Below are positions 50,414 through 60,590 of a DNA stretch of 64,000 nt, one piece after another. The translations under genes were made by a program, and so were the position numbers. Location of the stretch: positions 2,656,001 through 2,720,000 of the forward strand of contig CAWGRW010000009.1 of assembly GCA_963825135.1 (NCBI GenBank). The letters are read 5' to 3'. This DNA comes from an uncultured bacterium (GTDB taxonomy: Bacteria; Desulfobacterota_D; UBA1144; Nemesobacterales; UBA2774). How positions within the stretch are numbered: position 1 is the first letter of the stretch; each line of letters begins with the position of its first letter. The notes below the pieces were generated by a model. It was not told the origin of the DNA. It worked only from the letters and a program-made list of their open reading frames with translations, and did no database searches.

Positions 50414-50427
50414 CCCGGAGAGCGCGT

Positions 50428-51196
50428 TTAATCATCCTTCCCCTTAACAGCCGCGATCAGGAATTCCTTATTGCCCTCGGCCCCTTCTATGGGCGAGGGG
50501 ATGACGCCTAAAACCCCGACCCCGAGACCCTTGACGAATTCGGTAATTTTATCGACCACCTCCCTGTGCTTGGACTCGTCCCTCACTATTCCGCCCTTCC
50601 CCACCTCGCCCTTGCCGACCTCGAACTGGGGCTTTATGAGCGCGATGAGTACGCCGCCCGGTTTGATGAGCGCGAGAGCGGGAGGAATGATCATAGTGAG
50701 CGAGATGAATGAGACGTCGATTACCACTATGTCGGCGGGCTCGGCTGATGTCAGCGGGCTTAATGTAGCGGGCGTTTAACTTCTCCCTGACCACGACGCG
50801 GGGGTCCTGCCTCAGCTTCCAGTCGAGCTGTCCGTAGCCGACGTCTACCGCGTAAACTTTTGCCGCCCCGTGTTTGAGCAGGCAGTCGGTAAAGCCCCCG
50901 GTGGAAGCGCCTATGTCCACAGCCGTACAGCCCGCCGGGTCTATGCCGAATTCCTTTAACGCCGCTTCGAGCTTGAGACCGCCCCGGCTCACGTATTTGA
51001 GCGCGGCGTCCCTGAGCGTCACCTCCTGACCGTCCTTCACGAGAGCGCCCGCCTTGTCCGTCCTCACGCCGTCCACGTACACGTCCCCGGCCATTATCAC
51101 GGCGCGCGCCTTTGACCTCGACTCGGTAAGCCCCCTCTCGACGAGGACCGTATCGAGCCTCTTTTTAACAGCGGCGCGTTTATCTGTTTTGTTCAT
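50428..51196 (-). CDS. tlyA: TlyA family rRNA 2'-O-methyltransferase (frameshift near 50747)
   Basis: S4 domain, YVSRGGLKL and DIGASTGGFTD; DVSFISL, LIKPQFE and GNKEFL are in a second frame. Confidence 0.92.
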
Positions 51197-52092
51197 CAGT
51201 GATTTCTGCAGCCGAGATAGAGCGCAATCTGTCTTAGGGGCTCGGCCCTTTCGTCGAACTCCGCCAGGGCGAGGACCGCCTGACGCGTGAGCTCGGAGGC
51301 CTTTGCTTTCGATTCCTCGATCCCCGCGACTCCGGGGTGGGTGGACTTGCCGTGCCTCTCGTCGTTCCCCCTCTCCTTCCCGAGGTCCCCTTCCCCTTCT
51401 ATGTCGAGTATGTCGTCTATTATCTGAAACGCGAGCCCGACGGACTCGGCGTAGGAGGCGAGCATTTCGAGCTGGTTCTTGTCGGCCCCGCCTATCCGCG
51501 CGCCCGCCGTGACCGACGCCCTTATCATCGCCCCCGTCTTAAGCGCGTGCATACGCTCGACCCGGGGGAGCGTTACGTCTTTAGTCCCGGCGAGTGCGAG
51601 GTCCATCACCTGCCCCTCTATCATCCCGCGGGAGCCGGCGGCGAGGGCTATGTCGCCCGCGACGTCGCATATCACCTGCGCGCTCACGCCCCTCGCGAGC
51701 CCTTCGGTGACCAGCATCCCGAACGCGTCGGTGAGGAGCGCGTCCCCGGCCAGTATCGCGGTCGATTCGCCGAACACCCTGTGGTTCGTAGGCACGCCCC
51801 GCCTCATCGCGTCGTCGTCCATCGAGGGCAGGTCGTCGTGTATGAGCGAATACGTGTGTATCATCTCTATCGCGCAGGCAGCGGGCATGACCTTTTCGGT
51901 GTCGGCCCCCACGGCCTCTCCCGCCGCTATGGCGAGTATCGGGCGGAGCCTCTTGCCCCCCGCAAGGGCGCTATACCGCATGGACTCCAGCAGACGCGAC
52001 TGACTCCCGCCCCCGGCCAGAAGGAGCATGTCGAGCTCCCTGTCCACGAGCTCACGGTTTTTCTTGAGATAGGCCTTGATATCGAATGCCAT
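51196..52092 (-). CDS. ispA: Farnesyl/geranylgeranyl diphosphate synthase
   Basis: GGKRLRP, LIHDDLPSMDD, KTGA and FQIIDDILD. Confidence 0.95.
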   Translation of the reverse strand: MAFDIKAYLKKNRELVDRELDMLLLAGGGSQSRLLESMRYSALAGGKRLRPILAIAAGEAVGADTEKVMPAACAIEMIHTYSLIHDDLPSMDDDAMRRGVPTNHRVFGESTAILAGDALLTDAFGMLVTEGLARGVSAQVICDVAGDIALAAGSRGMIEGQVMDLALAGTKDVTLPRVERMHALKTGAMIRASVTAGARIGGADKNQLEMLASYAESVGLAFQIIDDILDIEGEGDLGKERGNDERHGKSTHPGVAGIEESKAKASELTRQAVLALAEFDERAEPLRQIALYLGCRNH

Positions 52093-52098
52093 GACGGG

Positions 52099-52326
52099 TC
52101 AGATCTCGGGCTCGAAATCCTCTAATGCAGTCTCGCCGTTCTTCTCCACGAGTATCTCGACTTTCTTCCTGATTTCATTCAGCTTTTTCTGGGAAAAGGA
52201 GATGAGCTCCGTCCCCTCCTGAAAGAGCTTTATCGAGTCCTCGAGCGGCAGGTTCCCGCTCTCGAGCTTCTTTATGATTTCTCTCAGCTCCCTCAAGGCG
52301 TCCTCGAATTTCATCTTGGATTTCAT
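52099..52326 (-). CDS. xseB: Exodeoxyribonuclease VII small subunit
   Basis: FEDAL.EL..II..LESG.LPLEDSI.LF.EG; conserved xseB-ispA order. Confidence 0.95.
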   Translation of the reverse strand: MKSKMKFEDALRELREIIKKLESGNLPLEDSIKLFQEGTELISFSQKKLNEIRKKVEILVEKNGETALEDFEPEI

Positions 52327-52441
52327 AAGGAGGTATTTTATCTTTGAAGAGGACTCCGCACAAGACGGCGGAACCCCGGCGTATATAAGGCGTCCGCGTT
52401 TCGCCGGGCAAGAGGGCTATATTTACCGCCCTTCAGGGAAT

Positions 52442-52475
52442 AAAAAAAGGGCGGTACGCATAGAGCGCCCGCCCC
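52442..52475 (-). terminator. Intrinsic terminator
   Basis: GGGCGG...CCGCCC stem followed by T7 on the minus strand. Confidence 0.7.
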
Positions 52476-52526
52476 GGTTATTCGTTAATTGACGTTAACC
52501 TCGGTCAACGAGTGTCGTTTCTATGC

Positions 52527-52820
52527 CTACTGCGCCTTCTTTTCCGCGTCGTCGGCGGCGCTGTCGGGCGCTGCGTCCTGGACTGATTCGACGGTCTCAT
52601 CGACCTCTACCTCGTCCACTTCCACTTCGGTTCCGCTCGTATCCTGTACCGTGGTCTCCGCGCTTGGCTCCGCCATGCCTTGATCGGCGGGGGTTTCCAC
52701 CTCATCGACTTCTACCTCTTCCACCTCGGCAGGCTCCTCGGCCTGTTTGCAGGCGGCCACTCCCAAAACGAGCACGCTCGCGCAAAGAATTATGAAATAC
52801 CTGCTGAAAATCGACTTCAT
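52527..52820 (-). CDS. Small acidic, probably disordered lipoprotein
   Basis: AAGGAGGT RBS before MKSIFSR, lipobox VAAC and repeated EVEVDEVE. Confidence 0.75.
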   Translation of the reverse strand: MKSIFSRYFIILCASVLVLGVAACKQAEEPAEVEEVEVDEVETPADQGMAEPSAETTVQDTSGTEVEVDEVEVDETVESVQDAAPDSAADDAEKKAQ

Positions 52821-53044
52821 ACCCGTACCTCCTTTGTGAAATTGAATTCCTGTCCGGGGGGTGTGCGGCCCCCCGGTAGTGAAACAACATACTATATTTA
52901 TATGCCTAAATCCATATCTTTTCACACCATTCCGTATCGGCCTCAGGGCCGGGATTTTCTCTTGAAAAACAAACGACTTCCGGCGGCGGGTGAGCACCCG
53001 CGGGCATACGATCTCTACATCCCTCCGGCTCAATCAACTGCTCA

Positions 53045-53586
53045 AGCCCAACCCGTTCGTGCTGAGCTAGTCGAAGCACGTTACCGACATTACAGAATTT
53101 GCGGCACACAATGTGTGCTCATATACGATTCTTCCGTAACTCCTCTGCCATCGCCAGGGAACGAGCCCAACCCCTTCACCCTGAGCCTGTCGAAGGGTGA
53201 TTATTTCCCGACATTACAGAATTTGCGTGAAGAAAATCGATTGTACGAGCGTTAAAAATCTTACGTGGGGTGGGGTAGAATTGGAAGATTTAGCGAGTAC
53301 ATGAGATTTTTAGCACAATTCTGTAGTCGGATGATTTTTGCTTCTTTTCATCAAGGAAAAGAAGGATAATAAAACAGCCTCTCACCTTTCTAGTCTTTTC
53401 ATAAAACACACTACATGTGTGTCACGATTGATGATAGAGATCGGGTGTTTATCACCCCCACCTATATCCTCCCCCCTCAAGGGGGAGGAAAGGAATATAG
53501 ATCGCGGCTGGAAGCCGCTCCTGCAAATTTAGGAGTGTCATTTCACAAACCCGTCCGTCCTGAGCTTGTCAAAGGATGAACGGGTT
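53045..53586. repeat. Cluster of several REP-like palindrome families plus a 123-bp TIR element
   Basis: Three CTGAGCnnGTC(G/A)AAG-type palindromes, CCTCCCCC/GGGGGAGG, GCGGCT/AGCCGC and CTTCTTTTC/GAAAAGAAG. Confidence 0.8.
53208..53330. mobile_element. MITE-like 123-bp element, copy 1
   Basis: Imperfect terminal inverted repeats CCGACATTACAGAATT / AATTCTGTAGTCGG; near-identical copy at 55490..55612. Confidence 0.6.
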
Positions 53587-53682
53587 TACCACCCTGCCCC
53601 GCCTACCCTCATCAGAGGAACCGGGGACGCAATCCCATTTTAATAGACAGCCGGGAGAAATTATCATATTATTCCCGAATCT

Positions 53683-55397
53683 ATGAAAACGGCACAAGAT
53701 CTCAGGGAAGCGCTCAGGAAAATAGACGGCAGGGGTTACGCCTCGTATAAGGACATCGCGGGGGAATACGGTTTCGACGAGTTCATCCTCTACGTAGACC
53801 GCGTGCAGGGGGACCCGTTCGCCTCCCCTTCCCGCGTGAGGGCCAGGGTCTATCAGGATACGGCCCGGTTTCCGAAGGACGCCTACACGGGCAAGAGCCG
53901 GGAGACCGCGCTCAGGGACTTCATAGCCAGGGCGTTCGGCTTCGCGGCGGAGAGGTTTTCGCTCGGCAGCAGGGGCAGCGGCGGGAGCGGCCTCGTAACG
54001 ATGAGCAGACCGGGCCAGGAGATACTCGAGCGCTCGTCGGTAGTCGTCACGCACCTCTACGCGGAGGCGAGGTTCGGTATGGGGCTTCCCGCGTTCGGCC
54101 GCTCCGTCGCCGGGAAGCACGCGGAGGCGATGTTCTTCGAGGAGCTCCCGAAAATAGTCAGGTTTTCGATGATCTTCGGGAACCTCGACCGGGACGCGCT
54201 CTACCGGCACATAGAGACGGCGGAGGACGCGGACTTCCTCAGGAACGAGATAGAAGGACTCGGCTGCGTCGCTTTCATAGCCGAGGGAAGCGTGCTCCCC
54301 CGCGCAAGCGGCGTGGACCCGGGGCCGATGAGCGCCGGGGAAGCGGTCCCGTTCGAGTCCCCCCCTTCGCTCAGGATGGACGTGGAGCTCCCGAACAGGG
54401 GACAGATCACCGGCATGGGGATACCCAAAGGCGTGACTCTCATAGTCGGGGGCGGGTATCACGGCAAATCGACCCTCCTCGAAGCGGTATCCGAGGGCAT
54501 ATACAACCACGTACCGGGGGACGGGCGCGAGTTCGTGGTCGACGAACCCGAACGCGGTCAGGATAAGGGCCGAGGACGGGCGAAGGATCGAGAAAGTGGA
54601 CATATCCCCCTTCATATCGAACCTGCCCTACGGGAAGGACACGAAGTCGTTCTCGACGGAGGACGCGAGCGGGAGCACGTCTCAGGCGGCCAACATCCTC
54701 GAATCCCTCGAAGCAGGGGCGCACGTGCTGCTCATCGACGAGGACACCTCGGCAACTAACTTCATGATAAGGGACCACCGGATGCAGGAGCTGGTATCGA
54801 AGGACAGGGAGCCTATAACGCCGTTCATAGACATGGTGAGGAGCCTCTACACTGACCAGAGGGTCTCTACGGTGCTCGTGATGGGGGGCTCGGGGGACTA
54901 CTTCGACGTGGCGGACCACGTCATATGCATGACGGATTATAAATCGTCGGACGTCACGAAGGAGGCGCTCGGGATAGCGAAGCGGTTCGCGAGCGAGAGG
55001 AAGAAGGAAGGGGCGGGCCCGATCGGGAGGGTGACGGACAGGATACCCCTTTCGGGGAGCTTCGATCCGGGCAAGGGGAAGAAGGACGTGAAGATCTCGG
55101 CCAAGGGGCTCCGCTCCATACACTACGGGAGGCACAAGATAGACCTCCACGCCGTCGAGCAGCTCACGGACGTATGCCAGACGGCGGCCATAGGGGACGC
55201 GATAGAATACGCGCGGCGTTACATGGACGGGAAGAGGACGCTCCGGGAGGTCTCGTCGCTCGTGATGATGGACATAGCGAGGGACGGCCTCGACGTGATA
55301 AGCCCCCGCGATTTCCGGGAACTACGCGGAGTTCAGGAAGATAGAGCTCCTGGCCGCGATAAACCGGCTGAGAACGCTGGAAGTCACGCAGAAGTAA
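53683..55397 (+). CDS. Predicted ABC-class ATPase (ABC_ATPase / MRB1590-like); frameshifts near 54540 and 55320
   Basis: VQGDPFASPSR, LPRASG and GGGYHGKSTLL, then ASGSTSQAANI and LIDEDTSATNFMIRD, ending AINRLRTLEVTQK*. Confidence 0.88.
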
Positions 55398-55407
55398 CCG
55401 CTCTTCT

Positions 55408-55729
55408 GTCATTCCCGAATTCCTTAATCGGGAATCTCGTCTTTTAAACCCGTTCGTGCTGAGCTTGTCGAAGCACGCATTTTTTCTTCCCGACATTACA
55501 GAATTTGCGTTAAGAAAATCGATTGTACGAGCGTTAAGAATCTTACGTGGGCCGGGGTAGAATTGGAAGATTTAGCGAGTACATGAGATTTTTAGCCAAA
55601 TTCTGTAGTCGGATGATTTTTGCTTCTTTTCATCAAGGACAAAGAAGGATAAAAGAACAGTCTTTGCACCTTTCTTTGTCTTTTCATAAAACCACACTAC
55701 GTGTGTTCATCAAGGAAAAGAAGAAATAA
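55408..55729. repeat. Second REP cluster, including MITE-like copy 2 (55490..55612)
   Basis: Direct repeat of about 210 bp matching 53207..53420, preceded by the same CTGAGCTTGTCGAAG palindrome. Confidence 0.8.
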
Positions 55730-55831
55730 CATTTGCCTTTCTATATCATTCCAAGCTGCGAAGCAGACGTGGCGATCTGTCTTTTTTCTTGAGATTACCC
55801 GCTGACAATCATATGTTGCGTATACCTGTTT

Positions 55832-56773
55832 CTACCCGCCGTACGCGGCGACTGTGATCTTCATCACGTCGACGTTCGACTGTTTGCCCGGCGGCGTTCG
55901 GGACGATGATCAGGGAGACGAGACCCCGGCCTTTCTGTAGGCCTCGAGCCTCTCCCTGCACCTCTCGGCGGGCCCTACCAGCGCGACCGCGTCTAACATC
56001 TCGTCCGAGAACACCTCGGCCGGGTCCGCGCCGCCCTTTATCCTGTCGATCACGTCGCCGAAGCCGTTATTCGTCATGAGCCTCTGATAGAACGGGAACC
56101 GTAGATATCCCGAGAGTCCGCGCTTGCCCGCTTTTCTGGCGAGCTCGAGGTCGTCCGATACGACGGACGGTATGCCGAGCGTGATGTCTATTTCCGACGG
56201 GTCTCTGCCCGCCGCCTTCGCTCCCTCGGCCACCCAGCCCGCGAGCTTCTTTATGTATTCCGGCGTGGACATGTAGGGCATTATGCCGTCCGCGACCTCG
56301 CCCGCGAGCCCGGCCGCCCCCTTCGCGAGCCCGGCGATATACACGGGCACCTTGGGAAGCTCGCGCTTGAGCGTGAGCTGGGGCGCCGTCCCGTCCATGA
56401 ACGATTTCACAGCCTTCACGTATCCCCTCATCTTCTCTACCGGGTCCCCCATTACTATCTCGTACCTGTCGTTCACGGGCTTGTGGCTTACGCCGAGACC
56501 CAGCACCATCCGTCCGCCCGATACTTCCTGGATCGTCATCGCAGTCGCGGCGACCATGACCGGCTGGCGCATGTAGATGTTCGTTATCCACGTTCCGACC
56601 TTGATCCCGGTCGTCGCCTCGGCGAACACCTGCGCGTTCGCGAGCCCGTTATAGGGCGGCACCTCGGGCGAGAATATGGCTTCGAAGCCTCCTGATTCCG
56701 CTTCCAGTGCGAGCGCGCGGAGGTCCGATACGCTGCATCCCCATACGGGGGAAATCGTGGCTATCCTGGGCAT
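55832..56773 (-). CDS. LLM-class (luciferase-like) flavin/F420-dependent oxidoreductase; 3' end disturbed by indels
   Basis: AE..GF, ATT.IKVGT, SGGRMVLGLGVSH, AGEVADG and LVGPAERC. Confidence 0.85.
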
Positions 56774-56810
56774 AGTATTTCTCCTTTAAAGTGTATCCAG
56801 TCTTTTATTA

Positions 56811-57708
56811 TCAATACTGGTTTATGACTTCCCTGTAAAAATCGGGCCTGAGAAGGGACTCGTCCCCGCTCGCGATGCACCGTCCTTATCTTGCTTAGCA
56901 CCTCTTCCTTGTCCCCGGGGAACCTGGCCTTCACGGGCAGGTAGTTCGAGATGTGGTTCGAGAAGAAGTACCCGTCCGTAAGCTCGGTGTTCTCGACGAG
57001 TATTTCGAGCTCCTTTATCATCCGGAACTTGTCCGGAAGCTCGAACTCCCCCCTCTCCCACTCCTCGTACACGGGCGCTCCGGGCCTCAGCTGAAGCGAC
57101 AGCGCCCCCACGTACTCCGGGTCGCACGCGGTAAGAAGTTTTCCGGTCGCCTCCGCGTGCTCCGCGCTCCTCTCCACTCCGCCCATGCCGAGGAGCACCA
57201 TCGCTGAGTTCATTACCCCCGCTTCCTTTAGCATGTGTGATGCCTTCACGGTCTCGGCGAAGTTGGCCCCCTTCTTAATTCTTTCAAGGACAACGTCGTC
57301 CCCGCTCTCGAATCCGATATACACCATGTCGAGTCCGAGGGCCCTCAGCTCTTTCAGGTTCTCGACCCCTTTCCTGAGAATATCGCCGACATTGGCGTAC
57401 ATCCTTATGCGTTCCAATCCGGGAGCTTTTTCCCTGAGGTATCCCATAATATCGATGAGCTTCTTCTGCGCGAGCACGAGCGCGTTGCCGTCGGCTATGA
57501 ACACGCGGTCGTCAATGAGGCCGGATTCGGCAGCCTCGTCTATTATCCGCTTTACTTCTTCCATGGGGCGGGCGCGGAACTTCTGCTCCTCCCCCCTGTA
57601 CATGGCGCAGTAGGTGCACTGGTTGTGAGAGCACCCTATCGTCGCCTGGAGTATGAAGCTATTGCCCTCGCTGGGCGGCCTGAAGTATGGCGTTACGTAT
57701 TCTATCAT
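56811..57708 (-). CDS. Radical SAM protein; frameshift near 56878
   Basis: FRPPSE...QATIGCSHNQCTYCAMY (CxxxCxxC), G.ESGDD and SNHISNY. Corrected end ..LRPDFYREVINQY*. Confidence 0.9.
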
Positions 57709-57839
57709 ACTATTAGTATTAACTATTTTTTAGAACTTTGCAAACCCGGCCCGCACAATCAATACGGTATTAAGCGGATTATTCGGCAATACTCAGCATG
57801 TAAAATCATCTTACTTCATGGCTTAAATATAGTCTTATT

Positions 57840-59044
57840 CTACGTTCTTTTAAAAACGCAGCTCAACTTGCGCCCCACATATCTTAGTATTACTTTAAAG
57901 TAATTGTATGCATCCATTATAGAAGGTATCGGGTCCCGTATCGATAGGACGGCAAAGGTATTTACACCTCTGATTGAATTGAGCCACTCTTTGAGTGTTA
58001 ATTCGCCTCTATTATAATATGCTCTCGATGCCAGAAGGTCTCTCCCGAAAGAAATCCATTTGACGCCGGTATGCTTTGGTGCTGTATAGGGCGGCAAGTG
58101 CATATCCAGAGCATCACAATACATCGTATATAATATCGGTACTCCGCTGGCTTCAACTTGACCTATGCTCGTATTCGGCCGTCCGACATCCGGTTCTATT
58201 ATAAAATGTTTGCCGCTCTTTTCATCGATTTTTATTTCGAGAGATATGATTCCTTTGTATTGAATACCACTATATATATCAATTGATTCTCTCGGGACCG
58301 GATCATTAAGACAATTTTCTACTAAACTTGCTTCCCCCAATTCTATAGGCCATTGCCGCAGCTTGCGCGATGTATAATTGATTATCCGCTCATGGTTCTT
58401 ATCAAAATAGTAATAGTATTGGTATATATTAGAATCTTTCCCGTCGATCCATTCCTGGATGATGAAGGTGTCAGCCGCCCTTAAGCAATTATCGTATACG
58501 GCATACAGTTCTTCCGGGCTTCGTATTTTTAATACCCTTTTGTCGAAGTATTCGGACCAAGTTTGTGTCGGCCTGGGCGGTTTTACTATGCATGGGTATG
58601 TCACTCTGTTCGCTATCTCTTTTATGTCCGATTTATTACTGATAAGCAAGTGGGGGGTATTGAGAAACCGCCACGCGTCAGGTACTGGTAGAGCTTAACC
58701 TTGTCTATAAGCAAATCAATAACTTCGTGGTCGGCGATTACAAATCCATACCAGTCCTTAAGCGCTTCTCTAAATCCGGATACGGCGAGAACGCTATCGT
58801 CACTGCACGGAAAAAGCGCGGACTTTCCTCCTAATTCTTTACCCAGTTTCAGTAATGTATTTATCAGTTCTTCATTTGATGTGTTAGCAGTTAGAACTTT
58901 TTTACATGAATTAGTCCTGCAGCAAAAATTATCGGGGTTATCCGCAATACCAATTACCGGTATTCCGTATCGAGCCAATATCCTGGATGTTTGCAAACCT
59001 GTGACCGAGTCAAGTTTGATAATTACGGCATGCGGTCTCTGCAT
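57840..59044 (-). CDS. ATP-grasp carboxylate-amine ligase (D-aspartate ligase-like); frameshift near 58660
   Basis: N-half 'GL...R.L...GIPV...LFPCSD...DK..LY'; C-half 'YPCIVKP', 'IIQEWIDG', 'RKLRQWP', 'LEIK.D......IIE...R'. Confidence 0.8.
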
Positions 59045-59130
59045 TATTTCTTGGCGTCCCCATATAATTGTAGTGCCGGCGGAGGAAACAAAGGTCTTCG
59101 CGCGTTATGAAATATTCCGGATTTTTATAA

Positions 59131-60283
59131 TCAAAAATCATGTAAATAAATCATCTTATAATCCCAGCTGGTTGAATCGAGTAAATTCAGGCCTTGAAAT
59201 TCAAGCTTATTATTATCTTTACCCAAGAGCCGGATCAAAATAGTTCGATGGGGGTTTTTTACGCTTTTTGCGGAGCTGTCTTCTTTAAATCCCTTCGATA
59301 CTAAAAAATCATAGCTGTCCCGGTCCAGCATATCCGCCCAGGTTGAAATTGATCCGTAATCTATGAGCGACATCAGGGTATTTAAGAGCTCGATTTTTAT
59401 TGAGGAGTCGGCCGCCTCTAATTCAAATAAATTATGCGCGCCTCCGGATTCCATACTGTATATATGGCTCTGTAAGGTAAGATAGCCTTTTAAGCAATCA
59501 TCATACCAGTACAGGAAAAGGTATTTTGAAAGCGGGTTGTTGTATCTCCAGCGAAAAAACTGCTCATCCCTTACCTGTGTAATTTTGTTTTCGGGGAGTG
59601 TGCTGTCAACGAGGAGGGCCATTTCCGCCGGTTTGGGTTTATCGTCTATCGTTATGCGGGGAGGAAGCTGAGTCCCCGGATTATGACAGATCATATCGAT
59701 TCTTTGTGAATTGTTCCTTTCGCTCCTTTTCAAGAACATGCCGATCCCGGCCTTTCTCAATAATCTTTCTGGCGTACGGACCTGCCAATTTCTTAGCTAG
59801 TGTCATTGCCCTTGATTCAATTGTTCGGAATTGCTTTTTCATAATCTTAATTTGTCCAACGCTCTTCCAACCCCTGGATAATGAAATCATAGCGTTTAAG
59901 GGGGTCGCATTGAAGCTAAAAAAGTGTTGAGCTCCCATCCTCTCCAAATCTTCCAAGACGAAGTTAGCCAGCTCTTTGTATATACCCCTGTTTCTGTATC
60001 CCTCCAGTATCAGGAGGTCCGCAGAACATAACGCGCTAAAATGAGCCGGCGCGTCTTTTATCCGCCAAGTACTTTCATACACGCCCGCCATTGCCACAAT
60101 CTTATCTCCCGCACGAACAAAATATATTATGGGTTGTTTAGAATGGGGCCGGTCTATGTAGTTCCATTTTACATAGGACCTGAATACATCAAAATCCAGA
60201 CCCCAGTTGATCGTCTTGAGCCTGGCGATTTGATCAATTTGGTTTTCAAAATCATCGGAATATCTTAAAATTTCATGTTTCAT
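59131..60283 (-). CDS. GNAT-fold acyltransferase (tandem GNAT-like); frameshift near 59720
   Basis: 'W.Y...P', 'ADLLILEGYRNRGIY' (motif A) and 'RDEQFFRWRYNNP'. Confidence 0.75.
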
Positions 60284-60319
60284 TTGGGCGCAGCCGGGTC
60301 AGGGCATAGAACACTGAAT

Positions 60320-60580
60320 TTATGTTCCGTAACTCTTTACGAAATTTAATATGCTGTCTACGGTGTCCCATTCCTTCATGAAGTCGATGGTCGTCAGGTC
60401 TAGTGGAGCCCGGACTTCCTCCTCAATCAGCAGCGCCAGCTCCAGCAAATGGAGGGATTCCAAGAGTCCGGAAGTTAAGAGCGGCGTGCTGTCGTCGAAT
60501 TCTTCGGGAAGAGACTTTCCGGAGTCCTTAATTTTAGCATCGATAAAATCGGCGAGTATTGTTTTAAAATGTCCTGACAT
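60320..60580 (-). CDS. Acyl/peptidyl carrier protein
   Basis: Acidic 86 aa with 'DDSTPLLTSGLLESLHLLELALLIEE...DTVDSILNFV'; phosphopantetheine Ser in an ESL context. Confidence 0.85.
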   Translation of the reverse strand: MSGHFKTILADFIDAKIKDSGKSLPEEFDDSTPLLTSGLLESLHLLELALLIEEEVRAPLDLTTIDFMKEWDTVDSILNFVKSYGT

Positions 60581-60590
60581 TTGAAAGTCC

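Noticed and set aside
53045..55729. Recurring 20-30 bp motifs as a possible CRISPR array
   Set aside because: Irregular spacing, repeated rather than unique intervening sequence, and no cas genes.
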